This document shows positions 1 through 14,492 of a DNA stretch of 64,000 nt, one piece after another. Position 1 is the stretch's first letter, and each line of letters starts with the position of its first letter. This stretch comes from Styela clava (Eukaryota). The stretch lies in contig NC_135256.1 in NCBI RefSeq assembly GCF_964204865.1, positions 14,756,001 to 14,820,000 of the forward strand, written 5' to 3'. The notes beneath the pieces were generated by a model. That model was not told the origin of the DNA and did no database searches. It saw nothing but the letters and a program-made list of their open reading frames with translations. Made by a program: the position numbers and the translations under genes.

Positions 1-2709
1 GTGTGACGATAACCAATGTGTTGTCGAGCAATAATAAAAGAATGACGAAATGAATTTATTTAACGTGAGCATATTTGAATTGCCCGAAACTTTAATCAAA
101 TGAAATTTATTACTTCAATCAAAATAGTTTAATGCAATTGATTAAATTCAACCACTTTTCAACTTATTCTAAATTGAATACATTTTATGAAGTTTTATAT
201 ATTTATTCATCTTCCATTTGTATCGTTCTCTTCAAAGGGTAATATAATGACTATGTTTAATTGCAGCGTATCCATCTTGTGCAAAGAACATCGAACGCCT
301 CCAAAAATAAAATTCACGAAAAAGAATTTCTGAGCAAAGCTAGTTTCAGTGAACTCAATATGTCACGTTATCTTTGCAAACAATGATGTGTTTACCATAA
401 AATCCACTTTAAATACATTTTGTCACAAAATTGTTCCGCAAAATTATCTTGTTATCTCCAATTACAACATTAATTATGGGTATGTTCGAAAACTTTGTTT
501 GTGTTCATTTTGGAGGCTCATTCAAGTTTTATGCACAAAGTAAGAAAATTAGTTTTGTGCAATCAAAACTTGTACAATCCAGATTGAGAGGCTGGATTTA
601 TGCGATGAGAGTCCATAGGCCAGAAATAGCGATACTTTTTCAATGGATGGGTCAAGCATGAACGGCATACGTATTTGAGCAATATCTGCATCGTGTTGTT
701 GCATCTTTTCCTCAAGTTTTGTAATCTTTGAAATGAGCCGGACCGAAGCCTGTTATCGAATAGTTTGGGATTAGAATCCTATACGGATGCGGTATTTCAA
801 ATTGCACTTACCTGATCAGGCCATTTCGTTACTCAATTTTATGAAATTCAAGTGCGGAAACCCGGATTCGCACACATATGTATTATCGAAACACGTTTAT
901 AATGCTACAGCAAATAATTTCATGATTTCAAATGGTATGAGACGGAGTTACACTATGAGAAAATTCAAATTTTTGATCGGTTTCCAACTGCTTCAAAGGC
1001 ATTCTATGCGAGAAAAAATACACTGCAGAATATCAACTTGTTTGTTATACCCCTCAAAACAGGCCTGCACAGCTTGAAACAATGTGAGAAGGCTGCAAAA
1101 AAATATCGTTCGCTGGCCATAAGCTGTTTTTTTTTATCATGTTTTTGTTTTTAAATATAACATTATTATATTCTATCTATGATTCATTCATTTTGTGTGT
1201 ACAGAATGGGATGATATGTATTTACACCAAAAGAAATTAAAAATACAAATTATCAAATTTTTCGAAATTATTGTGCACTATCCATTAGTGATTATCAAAT
1301 GACCTATACACAATTTTTTTGTTCTTAAGTTCATATATATATTTACATTTAACACGGCCGGCCCAACCTTGAGTATTCAGAATGGGACGCTCCCAAATAA
1401 AATTTGAATCAAGGAAGAACAATAATTTGTGAAGTTTGAATAGCTATTACAAATATCTTTGAAATTACAAAACAAAAATGCATCACAACATTAGACCCAT
1501 ATAGCCTAACACAACCTAAGTTTGAAATAGCTTATATAATATGCACAAATAAAACTATCATTATAAATATTTTCTTCCAAATTTTGATCACCTAATCCTG
1601 CTTTCAAACAGATATAATCAAACAAACAGATATAACATGTTCAAACAAAACTATCATTATAAATATTTGCCCCCAAATTTTGATCAGTTAATCCTTTTCT
1701 CAAACAGATGCAACAAATTTGATGTTTACCATCAACAGGAGTTTTGTTTTGAAGGGGTGTTTTCAAAAGTTAAGTGATAAAGAAACATTAATAAAAGAAC
1801 CCAGCCAAGAAAGTGTTGTTAAATAATCCAATTAGAAGAACTGCTACAACAATATGTTGCAACACAAACCTGGTTTATATTAAAACAAACATATTTAAGA
1901 TTCACATCGACTTTCTTCATACAATTAACCCGTATCAAATGAATTTTCAATGGCGTTTCCAGAGTGCCACAATGAAAGATTGAAAGATATATAAAGCATG
2001 GTTTCCTATAAAATTTAGAAATAAATAGTTTTCAAGCACCAAGTATCTCAGATATTTTGTAGATGATATTTTCTGAAGTTTAACAAAAAGCAGACATATT
2101 GGTAGATCATGAATACATGAAGAAGGCGATTTTCCAGTAAACAATGCTGCAAAATAATATTTAAGAACGAAAGTGTGAAGGCAGCATCAGTTGCTATTTT
2201 GCCGTAGTTGCAGATTAGGTTCGTCTAAGTTGCAGAGTTGTAAGCGGCACTAATTTGAGCCATGAAAAATATACAGATGGAAACTTTTACTTGCGTGTGA
2301 CTATCGAAATATATAAGAAAACCGTATGTAAATATTAAGATCGTAATTTAGAGACTAGAATCTTTACCTACTCATTCCAAACTCAAAATAGAATCCAAAT
2401 TGAATTTCTCATCCGTTTAACAACTCTCGCCTAAATGGATGAGCAAAAAAAAAAAAACGATGGTGTGTATTTTTAGGTGATTCATTTTGTGATAACTTTG
2501 GTCTCCCTGATTTTGTATATATAGATAACACAATGCTGTAGAAATACATCTTCCATCAAGTCGATGTGGTTAAATTATATTCACTCATTTTATGTTTAGT
2601 CATCAAGCTTTAGTTTTTTGTATTGAATTAATAATAGGCATTTTATTTTTGAAATCCAATATATCTTCATTTTCGTATTGAAAGACTTTTGAGTTCTTTC
2701 TCTGAAAAC

Positions 2710-5555
2710 ATGGCAAAATTATTAAAATTATTCTTTGTACTTTGTATCTGCTTTTTGCAATCCTGTTTTGGACAAGAAGGAATCGGACTTTGTTCGCAGG
2801 TAAAACAAAATACTCAATACTACATTCTTGAACAAATTAATGGCGCTACTAATTGCATACAATGATAACCGCTAAATTCCGTCTAAATAACTGTAATTGT
2901 TAAATATTCCAACTTTAGAAATATTATGAATGAAAATTGGAAACTTGTCTACAAAGTGCAATTGGAGCCATTACGGTTGATATATGCAAGTGTTCATAGA
3001 ACTAACATAAAATAAATAATTCATTGCAACATTTATGCTAAAACAATATGAGGTTATATAAATATGGAATATATCAATTTAGGTGTACCAGATGCATCAA
3101 TATTGTATGAACCGACAAGACTACTCAACTGGAACAAACCAAGTTGCAAAACGAGGACAAATCGGCAAAGCTGGGCCCAGGGGACCTCCTGGAATAGTGA
3201 ACTACGGAGTCATTAATTCGACTATTTCAAAACAATTCGAAGGTGATTATTGACAAACTTCCTCTGTCATTTTGTCAGTTTTGTAACTTCTTAATATGTC
3301 GAGTTCTAATTCGGATTCTGGATCTATCACTAAGCTTTTTACAAAATTAAATGCATAGCGGTTTATTTTATTTGTTAAGAATCGGTAATATTTGTAATTT
3401 CATACTTCAGCCACAAAAATATACATAACTTTTTTCCTGCTGTATTAACCGTCTAACAACACCTAGTTTTAGTTGTTGTTACTCACTTATCAAATATATT
3501 TCCAAATATGCCCTTTTGACTCAATGCAAATTTACCACATCTATAACTTCGCAGAGCCCTATTAGTGAGTCACATTTTTGGAAGAATATCGTGTGATATA
3601 ACATGAAGCTATCTTTGTTTTATAGTTCTTGAAAATGGGCTAGAAACGAAATTTGCAGAAAATTTTCAAGCTTTGGAGAGGACGAACTCAAATCGTGATG
3701 ATATAGAACATTTACAGAGAGGTTTATTTCAAATAATTTTTGTAATATTTGATGATTTTTATGATCATAATTCGCCTACCACGCAAATAGTGAATAAGAA
3801 GTCAATATCACCATGTTTCAAACAGAATTAATGAACTGCACTCGAAGAATCAGCAATCTAGAAGAGATGTTTACGTGGAACAGAGCTAGCAACAATTTTT
3901 TCTACAAATTATTTCACGATGAAGTAACTTATGAAACTGCTAGATCGAACTGCAAGAGAATGGGAGCGAATCTTGCATCTGCGGGAGTCCGCGATTCTAC
4001 AGTACGAAGGTAAGAAAGTCTTAAAATTTCAAATATTGGACTCGAAGGAGTTGTACTTGAGAGCGATATGTATCAAACAATTACTAAAACATTCCTGTAA
4101 AATTATAAATGAACGGAAGTGTTGAAAACATTAAACAAATTTTTTTGTCACCTTCCAATTGCAAATGTTCGAATTATTTTATTTTAAAGCATATTCATGT
4201 TTATCCCGCTCGACGTCACACTTCCTCGTTATCAGCCTTTTTTTAAATTGATCTATAGAAAGCCAAGGGTGGGATTTAATGTGTAGAGAATAGCCTGGTC
4301 TAACTGGTACTACCGTGTTTCCCCGAAGAAACGGACAGTGTCTTATTCCAATTTTCTTTCGAAATATAACACTAGGGCTTATTTTCGGGGGATGTCTTAT
4401 AATTTTATCAAAAACAAAATTAGAAAGTACTGAATTAGGAGATTAAAAATAGGAAAACCGATATTTATTCACTAGAATGATACGTTTTCCTCTCTCACAC
4501 GTTTCAGATTAATCATTTAAAATGTATGGAGAGATTTCTTGCTATCGACCAGGTAAAAAAAAATTGCGTTATCGACTAGGTCTTATTTTAATGGGAGGGC
4601 TTATATTAAAATCTTTCTTGAAATTCAGACTAGGTCTTCATTTCAGGATGGGTCTTATTTTCGGGGAAACACAATACTAGTCTTCCCTGTCTATTCTTCT
4701 ACGTTGTTCGAGTGATATCCGGAACATCCTCAGCACGCCTCTTGAGCTCTTTTATTTTTGTTCTACAACTAATGCGGACCGATTGTATTGTGTTTGGCTA
4801 CCCATGCCGTGTATTTTACTGAGTGTAAAGAATAATATAAGATTTTATCACTATTTATTGGACACTATTCATGCTATTGAAATGCCCTGACGGCAGAAAG
4901 TGCGCTTCATCAGAACCGAACGCTTAGGGAATTTGAAAGACAATTTGTATCAGAACAATGTTTGAACAATCCGTGAAGGCATGCTTGCAAATGCAGTAAA
5001 ACCTAGGAATCTTAAGAGAAAAATGTTTTCGAGTAGTTGATAATTTTGCGCGTCTCTCTGTGCGGATGTACGTTTGTCTTTGATGCCGCGGAGGTCACTG
5101 GAAACATGTCAAGAATAAATAACGTTTAGGCAAAACGTCCTTGATTACTGAAACTTTTAAGTACATTCAAACCCAAACAGAAGTTCAAGTGTAAACCAAA
5201 AAGTTATCTTCATTTCCGTAGACATATTGAGAAATCCATGTGTACCGTATAATGTTTGATGTAAAAGTTTGTATTTTTGGTATAATTATCTTCCAATTCT
5301 AGTCAACTAATTTCGTTGATCAAATCTGGAGAAAGTAACGTCTGGATCGGGTTGGATGATCTTCAGCGGGAGGGTAACTTCATTTGGGCAGATGGCGTCG
5401 TCTCGACTAAAGCAAATACTGATTGGTCTACAAACCAACCAGACAATGCGAGAAATGAAGAAGATTGTGGAGATTTTTTTTTTAGGATGGGGTGGAAATT
5501 GAATGATGCTGCATGTCGTTTTCTGATGAAATATCTATGTGAAAAACAAATTTAA
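2710..5555 (+). CDS. Secreted collectin-like C-type lectin, copy 1 (exons 2710-2799, 3083-3242, 3626-3721, 3826-4009, 5303-5555)
   Basis: Phase-compatible GT-AG exons: signal peptide MAKLLKLFFVLCICFLQSCFG; GQIGKAGPRGPPGIV collagen triplets; helical neck; CTLD with WIGLDD, FIWADG, QPD, EDC, LND and terminal YLCEK. Confidence 0.9.
4313..4674. mobile_element. Tc1/mariner-superfamily (pogo-like) MITE in intron 4 of lectin copy 1
   Basis: TIRs ccgtgtttccccgaa / ttcggggaaacacaa, TA on both sides; empty site ggtacTActagtc in copy 2 at about 12119. Confidence 0.85.
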
Positions 5556-6775
5556 AAGTTGCAAACGGGATATGGAAATGAAAACCTTTTCAACTTTTTT
5601 TCATACTCCCACAAAAGAGAGTGAGTGTCCACACAAGAACAATTACATTTTTACTATATATACCTATTTACATGACTCCGTGACGTTATCGACGTATTTA
5701 TAACTGATAACAAAACTTTTGATTAATATGTGTCACCAGTTGGATAGAGAAAATCTAGTAGACATTGGCTAGAAAGTTTTAATATGAACATAACTAAAAT
5801 AACTGAAAAATATTTTCGCAAAATAATACACTGACGTTTTGAATATTAAAACATTTTGTTTTCTCACGATAAACTATTTCAATCATAGCGATGGTATTCC
5901 ATCATCTGTCAAATGGAATATGAAAGTTACGATTACGCCTTGTTGGCAAATTTATTCAAGATGACTGAGATGAAAAGAAATACCTCGTACGTGCTTTCAA
6001 TGTTAGTGGTCTTGATGCATTATTAGGTATAAAATGAAAAGATATCTTAGTTATGTTGTGTAAAAAGCAGAAAATTGTTCTTTGAGTGTTTTCAGATAGA
6101 CGTTAGTTCTATCGTAGATATATATTCAACTCATGCCATAAGTCAGGAAAAGTTTGGGAAACTGATTGGGTTAATATGAGCATATTATAAATGATTTCCT
6201 TCATACCTCTGATTGAATGGGCACATATGCTCAAGAACAATACAAAAAGAGAGTTGAGGTAAACAAGAAATTTTGTAATTTTTCCGACAAAAAACGATAA
6301 ATATTCTCCAAATTTACTTAATAATTTATAATCGAACTTTCTGACTGAATTTGTTCCCAATAAAATTTAGCATCCCATATTATACAAAGTTTACAGTGTG
6401 ACCATTTCTGTCTGGGCGCTATACTTTTGACTCATATTGGGGTTTCCTTTTTCAATCCATTGCGCCATTGACAATGTATAATAAAGTGAAAAATAAAATC
6501 TGTTAGATATGCATAGAAAATACATAACCATGAAATCTAAGGTATGCTAGGAAAAAGAGAATTGTTTCAACAAAGTAAAAGAAAGTGGCAAATAACCTAT
6601 TATTCAATTTTTCTACTTGACGTTGCTCCTAGCTTTTGTATCTTAACATGGCAATAATCGATGCCTCGTAAAAAGATCGTATGTAATAATTATACCTTTC
6701 AGAATGTCGATGTTTGCGTAATGGAAAGCTCATATCGTGTCATATTTAAATATTCAAGAACTCGAACTTCTAGGG

Positions 6776-7730
6776 CAGGGGTGGGCAACCTTTTTCGGCT
6801 CGCGTGCCAAAATCGGATAAATTTAACGACAAAATTCTTCCGCGTGCCGACCAAAATTAAAAACATACCTTTGCTACTTTCAAAGCAAACATACACAATA
6901 ATAAACCTTTTAAACATGTACTGGCAGATTCACTATTCGGGAAAATATCAGTCCAACAAATAGACTTGATTACTTTTTTTTATTCTATATCAGTGAGACC
7001 TTTGCTGCTGCATTAACGCTGATAGATATTTTATATTGGGTTTATATTTTCTAATTTTCAAATTAATACACGGACTACTGGTACTGGTTTCATCTTACAG
7101 GTTACTCCTATTACGAGACTTATGAAGTTCATAACCGAGAACAGAGATTCACAAGCATATGTAGATGAAAATATGTAGAATTGTAGAGTAATGCAGTTGC
7201 CATGTTTTTAAGAAACGGAAAATTTTCGGGAATGGCATCCCAATCACGCAAGCAATAGTTCGTTTTGTGCATTTCTCTCTTGTTACCTTCCCTAATCGCT
7301 TATATTTCTTTCAAAATCATTTTATAACAGTAAGTTAGCAAGTGACTATAATCAACGTGGGCTGTACAACTTTTAAATCAAGCAGAAATGACGAAAAAGG
7401 GTGGCACAGACGATCTATATTATGTAAGAGTGTAGCCAAATGAATGCTGAGCTTTTCTCGACAAAATTTTGCGAGAGCTCACTCATTTGTTACGTCATAA
7501 TATATTCTTTGTAGCCATATGTCATGAAAGAACAAAAAAGGTTTAAATAAATACCGGATTGTTAACATTCGATAATGAACAAACGAAGACCTATTTTCAT
7601 CAGATAATTCATAGTCTTAAAACTTTTTATCTAAAGGAGAATGATCTCGTTTCCGAGGCCTCGCTCGCGTGCCGAATAAATGGGCTCGCCTGCCAAGTCT
7701 GGCACGCGTGCCAGGGGTTGCCCACCCCTG
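6776..7730 (-). mobile_element. Internally deleted Buster/Charlie-type hAT element
   Basis: Perfect TIRs caggggtgggcaacc / ggttgcccacccctg; flanks ttctaggg and cactaggg; carries a decayed transposase C-terminus. Confidence 0.85.
6990..7242 (-). pseudogene. Frameshifted hAT transposase C-terminal (dimerisation) remnant
   Basis: Minus-strand fragments WDAIPENFPFLKNMATALL / IFSSTYACESLFSVMNFI / KYKPNIKYLSALMQQQRSH* parallel FPSTWECEQGFS...LHPSH* of the intact transposase. Confidence 0.75.
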
Positions 7731-7738
7731 CACTAGGG

Positions 7739-8208
7739 CATGGTGGTCCAAACCAAGGCCCGCGGGCCGCATGTGGCCCCCAGCACCATTATCTGTGGCC
7801 CGCGTCGGTCTTGCTGAAAGGTAATGAAAAACCACATATAGTGTTGTTTTGTCCTGAAAATAACCAGAAAAATTCTTTGACATATTGTTACATCACTAAT
7901 ATCACTGAATTGACTAGAGTTATGACTGTTGAAGTTGAATGATGTGCTCGACTAGTCTAAATTGTTAACTGATTTTCTATCCTTCTGGTCTGGAATATAT
8001 GCTAACAATAAAGGCATCCGCGAGTTGTTCGGTGGCTTATGCTTGTTTTAGCATGATAAATGACAAATAATGAGCAATATGTATGTATGCACAATGAAAT
8101 TGTTCGTTTTGTATTGTACTGTTAACCTAATCTTGGCACTATCGTGGCCCGCGAACAATGCAAAAATATTTTGGTGGCCCGCGAAGCTGACAACCTTGAA
8201 CCACCCTG
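7739..8208. mobile_element. hAT (Charlie/MER-like) MITE directly abutting the previous element
   Basis: Ends catggtggtccaa / ttgaaccaccctg; subterminal ggcccgcg repeats; flanks cactaggg / ctctaggg (7/8 match). Confidence 0.8.
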
Positions 8209-10518
8209 CTCTAGGGTTTACTGGACTTATTGGGATTTTTTTCTCGCAGATGTGATCAGGAAATAAAGGAAACGGGTTTTACAGATATTATATTATATGA
8301 TGTAAAATATTAAAGAATTTTGTTGCTTGATGCAATTGATTGAATTCAACCACTTTCCAACTTATTCTAAATTAAATTTATTTTATGAAATTTTATATTT
8401 TTTCCCATTTCCATCTGTATCGTTGTCTTCAAAAGTCTAATTTGATGACTATGTTAGTTGAAGCGTATCCTGTGCAACGACCACCAAACGCCTCCGAAAA
8501 ATAAAATTCACGAAAAAGGTTTTCTGAGCAAAGTTAATTTTAGTGAACTCAATATGTCACGTTATCTTAGACAACAATGACCTGTTTATCATAAAAATAT
8601 AGCTAAATGTAATCCACTTTTAACATTTTGTCACGAGATTGTTCTGCAAAATTATCTTGTTATCTCCAATTACAACATTAATTATGCATAGGTTCGAAAA
8701 ATTTAACCTCGTTTGTGTTCAATTTGGAGGCTCATTCAAGTTTTATGCACAAAGTAAGAAAACTGGTTTTGTGCAATCAAAACTTGTACAATCGAGAAAT
8801 GCAATGTAAACATTATCGGAAGGCTGGATTTATGCAGTGAGCGTTCCTAGGCCAGAAATAGCGATACTTTTCTAATGAATGGGTCAAAGGTTATATTTTT
8901 ATTTTAGGAAATTAGACTGTGGCTCATACGTATTTAGGCAATATCTGGATCTTTTTGCTGCGTCTTCTCCTAAAGTCTTGCAATCCCTAAAATTGGCCAG
9001 GACCGAAACCCGTTATCGAATAGTTTGGGATTCGAATCCTACAGAAGCGATATTTTCAAGTCAATTCAAGTGCGGAAACTCGGATTCGCACACATATGTA
9101 TTATCGAAAAACGTTTATAATTCTACGGCAAATGTTTTCACAATATAAAAGGATTTTGGACGAAGTTACACTCTGAGAGAATCCCATATTTCGATCTGCT
9201 TCCAGCGGCATCAAAGGCATCCAATGCGAGAAAAATTGCAAACCAGCATCTTGTTCGTTATTCCCCTCAAAACATGTCTGCACAGCTCGAAACCATGTAA
9301 GTGCTGCAATAATTAAATATTATCGATCGCAGGCCATAAGCTATTTTATATTTATAATGAAGAGCATTATGTATTCGTTTTTAAATAAAACATCAATATA
9401 TTATATCTATGATTAAATCATTTTGTATGTACAGGGGCGAGGGGGTGATATGGATTCAAACCAAGAGAACTGGAAAAAAAAATAATTGATCAGTTAATCC
9501 TTTTTTCAAACAGATATATAAAATTTGATGTTTACCATGAACAGGAGTGGGAATTGTTTTGAATGGGTGTTTTCAGCTGTTAAGTGATAAACCAACGTTA
9601 ACAGAACCCAGACAAAAAGTGTTTTTAAATAATTCAATTCAAAGGAATGTTACAACAATATGCTGTAACACAAATCTGGTTTATATTAAACCAAAAATTT
9701 TTAAGATTCACTTCGATTTTCTTCATACAATTAACCCGCTTCTAATGAATTTTCAATCGAGTTTCGAGATTGCTACGATGAAAGCCTACAATGATGCCAC
9801 GATGAAAGATTCAAAGATATAAGACATGGTTTCTTATAAAATTTAAAACCAAATAACTTTCAAGCACCAAGTATTTCAAATATCTTGAAGGTGATATTTT
9901 CTGAAGTTTAACAAAAAACAGACATATTGGTAGATCATGAAAACATAAGGAATGCGATTCTCCAGTAAACAATGCTGCAAAATAATATTTAAAAACGAAA
10001 GTGTGGAGGCAGCATCAGTTGCTATTTTGTGGTAGATGCAGATTAGGTTCGTCTAAGTTGCAGAGTTGTAAGCGGCACTAATTTGAGCCATTAAAAATAT
10101 ACAGATGGGAACTTTTACTTGCATGTGACAATCTGAATATATATTAAAAAACCGTATGTAAATATTAAGATCGTGATTTAGAGACTAGAATCTTCACCTA
10201 CTCATTCCATACTCAAAATAGAATCCGAATTGAATTTCTTATCCGTTTACCAACTCTCGCCTAAATGGATGAGCAAAAAAAAAAATGGTGTATATTTTTA
10301 GGTGAATAATTTTGTGATAACTTTGGTCTCCCTGATTTTGTATGGATAACACAATGCTGTAGAAATAGATCTTCCCTCATGTCGATGTGGTTAAATTATA
10401 TTCACTTTTTTTGTTTAGTCATCAAGCTTCATTGAATTAATAATAAGCATTTTATTTTTGAAATCCAATATATCTTCATTTACGTATTGAAAGACTTTTG
10501 AGTTCTTTCTCTGAAAAC

Positions 10519-13186
10519 ATGGCGAAATTATTAAAATTATTCTTTGTACTTTGTATCTGCTTTTTGCAATCCTCTTTTGGACAAGAAAGAATCGGACTTT
10601 GTTCGCAGGTAAAACAAAATACTCAATACTACATTCTTGAACAAATTAATGGCGCTACTAATTGCATACAATGATAACCGCTAAATTCCGTCTAAATAAC
10701 TGTAATTGCTAAATATTCAAACTTTAGAAATGTTATGAATGAAAATTGGAAACTTGTCTACAAAGTGCAATTGAAGCCATTACGGTTGATATATGCAAGT
10801 GTTCATAGAACTAATATAAAATAAATACTTCATTGCAACAATTATGATAAGACAATATGAGGTTATATAAATATAGAATATATCAATTTAGGTGTACCAG
10901 ATGCATCAATATTGTATGAACCGACAAGACTACTCAACTGGAACAAACCAAGTTGCAAAACGAGGACAAATCGGCAAAGCTGGGCCCAGGGGACCTCCTG
11001 GAATATTGAACTACGGAGTCATTAATTCGACTATTTCAAAACAATTCGAAGGTGATTATTGACAAACTTCCTCTGTCATTTTGTCAGTTTTGTAACTTCT
11101 TAATATGTCGAGTTCCAATTCGGATTCTGGATCTATAACTAAGCTTTTTACAAAATTAAATGCATAGCGGTTTATTCTATTTGATAAAAACCGGTAATAT
11201 TTGTAATTTCATACTTTAGCCACAAAAATATACATAACTTTTTTCCTGCTGTATTAACCGTCTAACAACACCTAGTGTTACCTATTGTTACTCGCTTATG
11301 AAATATATTTCCGAATATGCCCTTTTGCCTCAATGAAAATTTACCACACCTATAACTTCGCAGAGCCCTATTAGTGAGTCACATTTTGGAAGAATATCGT
11401 GTGATATAGCATTAAGCTATCTTTGTTTTACAGTTCTTGAAAACGGACTAGAAACGAAATTTGCAGACAATTTTCAAGCTTTGGAGAGGGCGAACTCAAA
11501 TCGTGATGATATAGAACATTTACAGAGAGGTTTATTTTAAATAATTTTTGTAATATTTGATGTTTTTTATGATCCTAATTCGCCTACCACTCAAATATTG
11601 AATAAGAAGTCAATATCACCATGTTTCAAACAGAATTAATGAACTGCACTCGAAGAATCAGCAATCTAGAAGAGATGTTTACGTGGATCAGAGCTAGCAA
11701 CAATTTTTTTTACAAATTGTTTCACGAGAAAGTAACTTATGAAACTGCTAGATCGAACTGTAAGAGAATGGGAGCAAATCTCGCATCTGCGGGAGTCCGC
11801 GATTCTACTATTCGAAGGTAAGAAAGTCTTAAAATTTCAAATATTGGACTCGAAGGAGTTGTACTTGAGAGCGATATGTATCAAACAATTACTAAAACAT
11901 TCGTGTACGATTATAAATGAACGGAAGTGTTGAAAACATTAAACAAATTTTTTTGTCACCCTCCAATTGCAAATGTTCGAATTATTTTATTTTAAAGCAT
12001 ATTCATGTTTATCCCACTCGACGTCACACTTCCTCGTTATCAGCCTTTTTTTAAATTGATCTATAAAAAGTCAAGGGTGGGATTTAATGTGTAGAGGATG
12101 GCCTGGTCTAACTGGTACTACTAGTCTTCCCTGTCTATTTTTCTCCGTTGTTCGAGTGATATCCGGAACATCCTCAGCAAGGCCACGTAAAGTCCGTGCG
12201 TCTACGCCGTTTGAGCTCTTTTATTTTCGTTCTACAACTAAAGCGGACCGATTGTGTTGTGTTTGGCTACCCATGCCGTGTATTTTACCGAGTGTAAAGA
12301 ATATTATACGATTTTATCACTATTTTTTGGACACTGTTCGTATCATAAAAAGGACCTTACTGCAGAAAGTGCGCTCCATCAGAACCAAAAATGGCATGAT
12401 CGGTTCGTATTGCGTTAAATAAAGACTAGTATGAAATCGTCAATATCGAACGCTATTACAGTGCTGATAAAGCGGTTTCAGAAAAGGCGTATCTGCAAGA
12501 AGTGTGAAGTCGGGTACCTTATTACCGTGCTTGAACCCCTCCGATTCTCAACGCTTAGGAAATTTGAAAGACAATTTGTATCAGAACAATCTTTGAATAA
12601 TCCGTGAAAGCATGCTTGCAAATGCAGTAAAACTTAGGAATCTTGAAAAAAAAATGTTTGCGAGTAGTTGATAATTTTGCGCATCTCTCTGTGCAGATGT
12701 ACGTTTGTCTTTAATGCCGCGGAGGTCACTGGAAACATGTCAAGAATAAATAACGTTTGAGCAAAACGTCCTTGATTACTGAAACTTTTGAGTACATTCA
12801 AACCCAAACAGAAGTTCAAGTGTAAACCAATAAGTTATCTTCATTTCCGTAGACATATTGGGAAATTCATGTGTACCGTATAATGTTTGATGTAAAAGTT
12901 TGTATTTTTGGTATAATTATCTTCCAATTCTAGTCAACTGATTTTGTTGATCAAATCTGGACAAAGTAAAGTCTGGATCGGTTTGGATGATCTTCAGCGG
13001 GAGGGTAACTTCATTTGGGCAGATGGCGTCGTCTCTACTAAAGCGAATACTGATTGGTCTACAAACCAACCAGACAATGCGAGAAAGGAAGAAGATTGTG
13101 TAGAGTTTTCTTTTTGGATGGGGTGGAAATTGAATGATGCTGGATGTCGTTTTCTGAAGAAATATCTATGTGAAAAACAAATTTAA
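10519..13186 (+). CDS. Secreted collectin-like C-type lectin, copy 2 (exons 10519-10608, 10892-11051, 11434-11529, 11634-11817, 12934-13186)
   Basis: Near-identical paralog of copy 1 with the same exon lengths and phases, intact frame, QPD motif. Confidence 0.9.
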
Positions 13187-14492
13187 AAGTTGCAAACGGG
13201 ATATGGATACGGCATACTCCTACAAAAGAGAGTGAGTGTCCACACAAGAACAATTACATTTTTACTATATATACCTATTTATATGACTCCGTGACGTTAT
13301 CGATGTATATATAACTGATAACAAAATCTTTTGATTAATATGTGTCACCAGTTGGATAGAAAAAATCTAGTAGACATTGGCTAGAAAGTTTTAATATGAA
13401 CATAACTAAAATAACTAAAAAATATTTTTGCAAAATAATGCACTGACGTTTTGAATATTAAAACATTTTGTTTTCTCATGATAAACTATTTCAATCATAG
13501 CGATGGTATTCGATGATCTGTCAAATGAAATATGAAAGTTACGTTTACGCCTTGTTGGCAAATTTATTCAAGATGATTGAGATAAAAAGAAATAACTCGT
13601 ACGTGCTTTCAATGTTAGTGGTCTTGATGCGTTATTATAAGGTATAAAAGGAAAAGATATCTTAATTAAGTTGTGTAAAAAACAGAAAATTGTTCTTTCA
13701 GTGTTTTCAGATAGAATTAGAGTTTACTGGACTTATTGGGGATTTTTTGCTCGCAGATGTGACCAGGAAATAAAGGAAACGTGTTTTACAGATAATATAT
13801 TATATGATGTAAAATATTAGACATTTTTGTTGCTTGATGCAATTGATTGAATTCAACCACTTTCCAACTTATTCTAAATTGAATTCATTTCATGAAATTT
13901 TATATTTTATTTCCCATTTCCATCTGTATCGTTGTCTTTAAAAGTCTAATTTGATGACTATGTTTGTTGAAGCGTATCTATCATGTGCAACGACCACCAA
14001 ACGTCTCCAAGAAATAAAATTCACGAAAAAGGTTTTGTGAACAAAGTTAATTTTAGTGAACTGAATATGTCACGTAATCTTAGACAACAATGACGTGTTT
14101 ATCATAAAAATATAGCTAAATATAATCCACTTTTAACATTTTGTCACGAAATTGTTCTGCAAAGTTATCTTGTTATCTCCAATTACAACATTAATTATGG
14201 GTATGTTCGAAAAATTTAACTTTGTTTGTGTTCAATTTGGAGGCTAATTCAAGTATTATGCACAAAGTAAGAAAATTAGTTTTGTGCAATCCAAACTTGT
14301 GCAATCGAGAAATGCAACGAAAAGGCTGTATTTTGGCTATGATAGCATCTAGGCCAGAAATAGAGATACGTTTTTAATGAATGGGTCAAACATTATAGGT
14401 GTATTATAAAAAAGTAGACTGTGGATCATACGTATTTAGGCAATATCTGCATCTTTTCCTCAAGTCTTGCAATCCCTAAAATTGGCCAGGTC

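Noticed and set aside
349-2144. Short ORFs recurring upstream of each lectin copy
   Set aside because: They recur only because of the segmental duplication; frames and stops are not conserved between units
7559-8255. ORFs of 127, 88 and 61 aa
   Set aside because: They run across MITE termini; GC-rich TE ends give spurious ORFs
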